Shown here one piece after another: positions 58,297-64,000 of a DNA stretch of 64,000 bases. Source of the stretch: Fibrobacteria bacterium. Lineage in GTDB: Bacteria > Fibrobacterota > Fibrobacteria > UBA11236 > JADFYW01. Position 1 is the first letter of the stretch. Every line of letters begins with the position of its first letter. The position numbers and the translations under genes are program-made. Below the pieces are notes generated by a model. That model was not told where the DNA came from, made no database searches, and saw only the letters and a program-made list of their open reading frames with translations. Location: NCBI GenBank assembly GCA_050294405.1, contig JBNKOC010000012.1:96001-160000 (forward strand), in the 5' to 3' direction.

Positions 58297-59559
58297 TTAG
58301 GCTTGTAATACTTTTGTATCGTCTTGGGGATTTTTGCCGTTGCCTTGTGAATTACTTTGCAACCCCAGTTTTTGAGCTAATTCTTTGCAGGATTGGTTAA
58401 ATTGTTCTTCCAATTTGGTCCTGGCTTTTTCAAATTGAGAGTAATTAGGCCATTTTTGATTTTGCACTATGTGTGCAAGTTGTGCGGGAAGAATACCTCC
58501 CTTGGCCAATCCAAAACCTTTTAAAAAGTCCACAGCTGTTTTTTGGGAAGAGTAGTTCGGTCCGCACAAACAAAACTTGTTTAAGCTAAAACTTTCCCAT
58601 AAAGTGTGTCCTCCTGTTTTGCAAAAACTGCCGCCAATAATGCTCAGCTCAAAACGTTCTGATAAAAAAGGAATTTTGCCCAATCTGTCTACCACTAACA
58701 TGGAATGGTTTGGTTTTTTGCTGTGGAGTTTAAATCCCAGAGAAGATAATTTTTTCAAAAATTGAGAGCTGGTATTTATGTATCTTGGAAAAATAATGAT
58801 GTTATAGATTTCCGCTAATTCTGCAATGGCAGGAAGACACAGCTTCAGCTCTTCAAGTCTCAGGGATACAAAAGCGATGCCAGAAATATTTTCAGTGTTT
58901 TGAACCGTTTGTTTTTTGAAATTTTGGGAGTTCTTTAAAAACCAAATTGTTTTATAATCCACAGCTTTGGAAATTTTTTCGGATGCTAGAGGTAAAGTAT
59001 CCGGGTTATTATGGGTTTGAGCCCATGTTATGGAGTCCAACATCTGTAGAAATGATTGCCGCCAAATAAAATACAGCTTTCGGGCCCGTGGAGTAAAACG
59101 CGCCGCCATCCAGAAAACAGGGGTGTTATTTTTTTTGCAGTACATTAATAGATTGGGCCAAAGCTCCATTTCGTAAATCGCAAGCTGATTTATGGGAAAA
59201 ACCTCAAACCATCTGTTCAAATGAGGCACAAAATCCAAGGGAGCGAGCTGTATGTGTATGTTTTGGCATTTTACAAGCAGCTCTTTTTGCTGTCTTAAAA
59301 AATCCACGGCTAAAATGTTGGTACAGCTGATTAATACATTGCATCGGCTCAAATTCAAAGAATGTAAGGCTCCTAACATTCCTTTTGCCTCACCGAGAGA
59401 GGCGCAATGAAACCAGGTCCAAAACATTTTACTGTACGGGTTGGGAGTAACTGGCTTTCGGGATTCCAGTTCTTTTTTTAGGCTTGGAGAAAAAAAACTT
59501 AAAATTTTTGCAAGAGCAAGACTTATACCCCAGAGGCTGTTGTATATTTTAAAAAACAT
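58297..59559 (-). CDS. waaA: Divergent Kdo transferase-like glycosyltransferase
   Basis: WFHCASLGE, APLD, EMELWPNL, VDRLG, IGGSF...GGH, GPN. Confidence 0.8.
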   Translation of the reverse strand: MFFKIYNSLWGISLALAKILSFFSPSLKKELESRKPVTPNPYSKMFWTWFHCASLGEAKGMLGALHSLNLSRCNVLISCTNILAVDFLRQQKELLVKCQNIHIQLAPLDFVPHLNRWFEVFPINQLAIYEMELWPNLLMYCKKNNTPVFWMAARFTPRARKLYFIWRQSFLQMLDSITWAQTHNNPDTLPLASEKISKAVDYKTIWFLKNSQNFKKQTVQNTENISGIAFVSLRLEELKLCLPAIAELAEIYNIIIFPRYINTSSQFLKKLSSLGFKLHSKKPNHSMLVVDRLGKIPFLSERFELSIIGGSFCKTGGHTLWESFSLNKFCLCGPNYSSQKTAVDFLKGFGLAKGGILPAQLAHIVQNQKWPNYSQFEKARTKLEEQFNQSCKELAQKLGLQSNSQGNGKNPQDDTKVLQA

Positions 59560-60130
59560 CTTGCAAAAGTTTAAATACAGGAACGCTGCTGTAGGAGAGA
59601 GTTAGCCATAAAAAGTTTTTTTGTTGCTGGTTCCAAATTTGAGGCAAGGGTTTTATCTTTTCCCAGGATGTCTGGCCCAAAAAACCTAGGTTGGGAACCC
59701 AGCGTCTGGTTTTTTTAACATAGTCTAAATATTCACTGGGGTAATTTTGCTTTAATTCTTTTTCCTCCAAAAGAGCAATATAATGGTAAAAAAGAACTAC
59801 CAGAAAAACACTCAGAAGAGCTGTCCATACATAGGGATTAAAAAAAAGAACCCAACCCAGGGCGGCCAGAATATTGGATAAATACAAAGGGTGCCTGCAC
59901 ATGGCATATATTCCCTGGTGGCTTAAACCGCTGGATTGAATGGTTAAAGAATTAGGGTTCGATAATATCTGCCCAGCGGCCAAAAAGCGAATGGCAATGG
60001 ATAAGATTGCAAAAGCAATACCTCCGAAATTTACGGGAGTAGGGTTTTGGTAATTCAATGTAAACATTCCCAACATTATTCCAGGCATAAGCAAGCCCCG
60101 TTGGCGGAAAATAAATGGGGAAGGATTCAT
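59549..60130 (-). CDS. ICMT/phospholipid methyltransferase-family membrane protein
   Basis: GIYAMCRHPLYLSN, EEKEL, EYLDY...RRWVP. Confidence 0.85.
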   Translation of the reverse strand: MNPSPFIFRQRGLLMPGIMLGMFTLNYQNPTPVNFGGIAFAILSIAIRFLAAGQILSNPNSLTIQSSGLSHQGIYAMCRHPLYLSNILAALGWVLFFNPYVWTALLSVFLVVLFYHYIALLEEKELKQNYPSEYLDYVKKTRRWVPNLGFLGQTSWEKIKPLPQIWNQQQKNFLWLTLSYSSVPVFKLLQDVF

Positions 60131-60131
60131 G

Positions 60132-61772
60132 TTAATGGTCTAATTGAGCTTTAGAATTCAAAAGAATTTTATGGGGAAATATTTCTTTTAAATCTTCTTC
60201 ATGAGTTACGCAAAGCAACCCTGTACTGTTCGGAGAGGGGCTAAATTGTTTTCTGAAATGAAGCAAATCCTGCATTATCCGGACTCTCTTGTTTCCGGGC
60301 AACCAGGTGGTGGGCTCATCCAATAGCAAATAACTTTGGGGACAGGCAAAAGCTGTGGCCAGACATATGCGCTGGATTTGGCCTCCCGACAATTTATCCT
60401 GAAAATGCCAGCATTCTTCCCATGTTTCTTCCGGGCTTTCCATATACTGAAATAGTAAATTCTTAACATCCAGTATCTGGCAGAGCTCCATGTAGCCTTC
60501 GGGGAAAATATTTGAAAATTCTTTTAAAACGCTGAGGTGGGCCGGAGTGATTTGGGCCTTTTGGGGCAGATAAAAAAGAGATGGCAATTTCCCTTTTTTT
60601 AAAAAACTGGGGTAGTTGATTTTTCCCTGTTGCGGATTTTCCAATTGGCACAACAGTTTTAGCAAACTGCTTTTTCCCCAACCATTTGGCGCACTCAAAC
60701 AACAGTTTTGCCGCGCGTCCCAATTTAAATTGAGGTTTTCCCAAATGGCTTTTTTTCCGGGATAAGCAAAGGTCAATTGAGATATCCGAAAACTGCTATC
60801 TTCATGAAAAACAGGGATAGAAGGCTCCGGTAAATTGTTGTTTTCTTGGTAAAACTCTCCTTCAATTTGTTTTGCTTGCACCCAAAGAGGATAATTTCGG
60901 GTCCACTCCCTTAAAGGTTTGTACATCAATAACATAAGGGCTCCGAAAGCTATAATTTCGGGATTTTTAAAGCTTTGGGGAGAAAGAAAAAACAAAGTTC
61001 CAAAAATTAGACCCAGGCTTAAAAAGTAGAGGGCCTCCATTAAGGAAGGAAAAAAAGCATGTGCCCTTTCCCAATGTAGCAATGGCTTTTCCTTGCTTTG
61101 TAAAAAACTTTGCAGCTTTTGGGATTCTCCCTGCAAAAAGCCATTAGGCTTTAGGAACTCAAGCTTTGCGCTAAATTTTTCCATCAGATTTAGAGATTGA
61201 GAGGCGCTTTTTTGAAAACTTTCATTGCTCTTTCGCAAATAACCAATTCTCAACTTGGATATCAAAAGAGCTGGAAGGGCAATAAATAAAAGCCCAAGAA
61301 AATAGGGGGCAGGAAAAATAGGAAGAAGGCCGCAAAATAATAGAAGTTGCAACATGGCATTTTGAGACTGGTAATAAGCCAAATACCCTTTTTGGACCAG
61401 TGGAAGTTTTCGCAAAAGTTCGTTTTGAAATTTTTCCAGCAAGGGGGAGCGGTAAAGGGCTTCTGAAGATTTGATTCTGCGAGATAAAATTTTGCTTCGT
61501 AGTTTTTGCATTCCCACTACAGATAAAAACACAGCCTTATTATGAAACTGCCACTGAAAAAATGTGCGGAGCCCCACAATAAGTAAAAGGCTCAAGAAAG
61601 AATTGGCCATGGAGAATTTTAAACTGGTTTCAGCAAACCAAAGTGGTTTTGTATTTATTAGAAGACTGCGCAGGGCGAGCACAAATAAGGCTTCCAGCAG
61701 AGCAGCACCCAGAGCCCAACCCAATAAAATGGGTTGGAAATTTTTTAGAGGGCTTCCAAAAACTGCCTTCAT
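60132..61772 (-). CDS. Divergent ABC exporter (TMD plus NBD; MsbA-like by context)
   Basis: Hydrophobic N-half; APNGWGKS, LSGGQ, LLLDEPT, VTH. Confidence 0.75.
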   Translation of the reverse strand: MKAVFGSPLKNFQPILLGWALGAALLEALFVLALRSLLINTKPLWFAETSLKFSMANSFLSLLLIVGLRTFFQWQFHNKAVFLSVVGMQKLRSKILSRRIKSSEALYRSPLLEKFQNELLRKLPLVQKGYLAYYQSQNAMLQLLLFCGLLPIFPAPYFLGLLFIALPALLISKLRIGYLRKSNESFQKSASQSLNLMEKFSAKLEFLKPNGFLQGESQKLQSFLQSKEKPLLHWERAHAFFPSLMEALYFLSLGLIFGTLFFLSPQSFKNPEIIAFGALMLLMYKPLREWTRNYPLWVQAKQIEGEFYQENNNLPEPSIPVFHEDSSFRISQLTFAYPGKKAIWENLNLNWDARQNCCLSAPNGWGKSSLLKLLCQLENPQQGKINYPSFLKKGKLPSLFYLPQKAQITPAHLSVLKEFSNIFPEGYMELCQILDVKNLLFQYMESPEETWEECWHFQDKLSGGQIQRICLATAFACPQSYLLLDEPTTWLPGNKRVRIMQDLLHFRKQFSPSPNSTGLLCVTHEEDLKEIFPHKILLNSKAQLDH

Positions 61773-61840
61773 AGCCTAATTAAGTCCTGCGCTTGTATTA
61801 AAAAAGCCCTCATTCTTTAAAAATTAGCTAATCAAAAACC

Positions 61841-61869
61841 TTGTCGTTTGATTTTCTTTGTATTAGATT
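61841..61869 (+). promoter_or_regulatory. sigma70-type promoter of groESL
   Basis: TTGTCG-N17-TAGATT just upstream of CIRCE. Confidence 0.55.
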
Positions 61870-61882
61870 AATCTCGCAAAAA

Positions 61883-61909
61883 TTAGCACTCTTTGATTGA
61901 GAGTGCTAA
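61883..61909. promoter_or_regulatory. CIRCE element (HrcA operator)
   Basis: Perfect TTAGCACTC-N9-GAGTGCTAA. Confidence 0.97.
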
Positions 61910-61961
61910 AATCGGAAAATATTTAAAAAAAGTCAAAATACTTACTATAAAGGAGACAAGT

Positions 61962-62249
61962 ATGCCAATCAAACCACTTGCTGACAGAGTGATTGTGGAA
62001 GCCTTGGGCGCCGAAGAAAAGACTGCCGGGGGCATTTATATTCCAGATAATGCCAAAGAAAAACCTCAAAAGGGTAAAGTAGTGGCGGTTGGTCCAGGCA
62101 AAGCTTCTGAAACAACTGGACAGCTCATTCAAATGGAAGTTAAAACCGGCGACACCGTTCTTTATGGAAAATATTCCGGAACAGAAGTGAACGTGGATGA
62201 TAAAGACTATTTGATTATGAGAGAAAGCGATATTCTCGCTGTTGTATAA
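61962..62249 (+). CDS. groES: Co-chaperonin GroES
   Basis: [45 protein letters not shown] before ATG 61962. Confidence 0.98.
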   Translation: MPIKPLADRVIVEALGAEEKTAGGIYIPDNAKEKPQKGKVVAVGPGKASETTGQLIQMEVKTGDTVLYGKYSGTEVNVDDKDYLIMRESDILAVV

Positions 62250-62279
62250 GGAAAAATTTTAAAAAGGAGAAATTAAATC

Positions 62280-63932
62280 ATGGCTAAACAACTGATATTT
62301 GATTCTGCCGCAAGAAACAAGATTAAATCTGGTGTAGATGCATTAGCTAATGCTGTAAAAGTTACTTTGGGCCCCAAAGGTCGCAACGTAGTAATTGCAA
62401 AAAGCTTCGGTTCCCCATCTGTAACTAAAGACGGCGTTTCCGTTGCAAAAGAAATTGAATTGGAAGATGCCTACGAAAATATGGGCGCACAAATGGTTAA
62501 GGAAGTCGCTTCCAAAACTTCTGATGTTGCTGGTGATGGTACTACCACCGCTACAGTTTTGGCTCAGAGTATTTACACTCAAGGTCTTAAAACAGTAACT
62601 GCTGGTGCAAGTCCCATCGAAATCAAAAGAGGTATCGATGCTGCCGCGAAAGCCATTGTGGAAGAAATTGCAAAAATTGCAAAACCCATTAAGGGCACTG
62701 CTGAAATCGCCCAGGTTGGCGCTATTTCTGCTAACAACGAACAGGAATTCGGTGACTTGATTGCACAAGCCATGGAAAAAGTAGGCGAAAAAGATGGTGT
62801 TATCACTGTTGAAGAAGCCAAAAGCATGGAAACATCTTTGGATGTTGTTGAAGGTATGCAATTCGACAGAGGATATTTATCTCCCTACTTCGTAACCAAT
62901 GCCGAAAACATGGAATGCCATTTGGAAAGCCCTTATGTGCTGATTTACGATAAAAAAATCAGCTCCATGAAAGACTTGCTTCCCATTTTGGAAAAAACAG
63001 CTCAAACTGGCAAAGCTCTTTTGATAATAGCCGAAGATGTAGACGGCGAAGCCTTGGCTACCTTGGTGGTTAACAAATTGCGTGGCACTCTTAAAATTTG
63101 CGCTGTTAAAGCCCCCGGTTTTGGCGACAGAAGAAAAGCTATGTTGGAAGACATCGCTATTTTGACTGGTGGCCGTGTTATTTCCGAAGAAATCGGAAAC
63201 AAACTGGAAAATGTAACTATCGATGATTTGGGAACTGCTAAAACCATTAACATCGATAAAGAAAACACCACAATTGTTGAAGGTGCTGGCCGTGCCGAAG
63301 ACATTAAAGGTCGTGTAGCTCAAATCCGTCGTCAAATCGAAGAAACTACTTCTGATTACGACAAAGAAAAATTGCAGGAACGTTTGGCCAAATTGGCTGG
63401 TGGCGTAGCTGTAATTAAAGTTGGCGCTGCTACTGAACCTGAAATGAAAGAAAAGAAAGACAGAGTGGAAGACGCTTTGGCTGCTACCCGTGCTGCTGTT
63501 GAATCCGGTGTGGTTGCTGGCGGTGGCGTGGCTCTGCTTCGCGCTATTAAAGTTTTGGATAACTTAAAATTAAGCGGCGATCAGAAAATTGGTGTGGACA
63601 TTATGCGTCGCGCCATGGAAGAGCCATTGCGTCAAATCGTTTCCAATGCAGGTGGCGAACCCTCTGTTGTTGTAAACAAAGTAAAAGAAGGTAAGGATGA
63701 CTTCGGTTACAATGCTCGTACCGATGCTTATGAAAACCTTATTGCTTCCGGCGTAATTGACCCTGCAAAAGTGACTATCACTGCGGTAACCAATGCGGCT
63801 TCTATTTCCGGATTGTTACTGACTACCGATTGTCTCATTGCAGATAAGAAAGAAGAAAAAGCTGCTGGTGCTCCTGATATGGGTGGCATGGGCGGTATGG
63901 GTGGTATGGGCGGTATGGGCGGTATGATGTAA
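62280..63932 (+). CDS. groEL: Chaperonin GroEL
   Basis: [33 protein letters not shown]-repeat tail. Confidence 0.99.
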   Translation: MAKQLIFDSAARNKIKSGVDALANAVKVTLGPKGRNVVIAKSFGSPSVTKDGVSVAKEIELEDAYENMGAQMVKEVASKTSDVAGDGTTTATVLAQSIYTQGLKTVTAGASPIEIKRGIDAAAKAIVEEIAKIAKPIKGTAEIAQVGAISANNEQEFGDLIAQAMEKVGEKDGVITVEEAKSMETSLDVVEGMQFDRGYLSPYFVTNAENMECHLESPYVLIYDKKISSMKDLLPILEKTAQTGKALLIIAEDVDGEALATLVVNKLRGTLKICAVKAPGFGDRRKAMLEDIAILTGGRVISEEIGNKLENVTIDDLGTAKTINIDKENTTIVEGAGRAEDIKGRVAQIRRQIEETTSDYDKEKLQERLAKLAGGVAVIKVGAATEPEMKEKKDRVEDALAATRAAVESGVVAGGGVALLRAIKVLDNLKLSGDQKIGVDIMRRAMEEPLRQIVSNAGGEPSVVVNKVKEGKDDFGYNARTDAYENLIASGVIDPAKVTITAVTNAASISGLLLTTDCLIADKKEEKAAGAPDMGGMGGMGGMGGMGGMM

Positions 63933-63961
63933 TCCCCCTTTTCCCATTAAACTTTTTATCT

Positions 63962-64000
63962 GGCTCCCAATGCATTTTAAACATTGGGAGCCTTTTTTTT
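63962..64000 (+). terminator. Intrinsic terminator after groEL
   Basis: GGCTCCCAATG-N9-CATTGGGAGCC-T8. Confidence 0.9.

Noticed and set aside
61893..61961. N-terminal extension of GroES in the ORF track
   Set aside because: The TTG lies inside CIRCE; the SD supports ATG 61962
701..63335. Numerous 60-190 aa antisense or nested ORFs in the track
   Set aside because: Shadow frames of well-supported genes, with no recognisable motifs
63879..63929. 9-bp tandem repeat
   Set aside because: Ordinary GGM tail of GroEL
1..64000. CRISPR arrays, tRNA/rRNA, IS elements, prophage
   Set aside because: Intergenic gaps are short and show no regular repeat-spacer pattern, cloverleaf, transposase or phage gene by eye

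Overview
AT-rich bacterial chromosomal segment with no mobile element, rRNA/tRNA or CRISPR array that I could recognise; taxonomy cannot be assigned from the sequence alone. All family calls are by eye from motifs in the translations, not from database searches. In order: pyrF; a stand-alone variant GroES; a sigma54-controlled nitrate-assimilation cluster (NasA-type nitrate reductase, 4Fe-4S/DmsC-type membrane anchor fusion, NarK, NirBD, PP2C-kinase fusion); ilvBN; radC; then a tightly overlapping five-gene operon (21917-26963). That operon encodes a FliF-RBM3/FliG fusion rotor, a FlgO/CsgG-like beta-barrel protein, a TPR lipoprotein and a Na+-type MotA/MotB stator, with no other flagellar gene in the window; it looks like a minimal trans-envelope rotary motor and is the top finding. 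Further on: housekeeping and transport genes, degP and hsp20, a duplicated three-gene envelope module (OMP, Cys-pair protein, LpoB-like lipoprotein) flanking an ECF sigma / zinc anti-sigma / exported caspase-beta-barrel triad with a shared putative ECF promoter, an acidic STAS-zinc-ribbon protein with a MinD-like ATPase, rpmB, ispH, an FKBP, a divergent msbA-like/waaA-like block, and CIRCE-controlled groESL. The nitrate intergenic region holds an enhancer-plus-sigma54 module duplicated at an exact 344-bp offset; its first copy appears to drive an unannotated structured small RNA.
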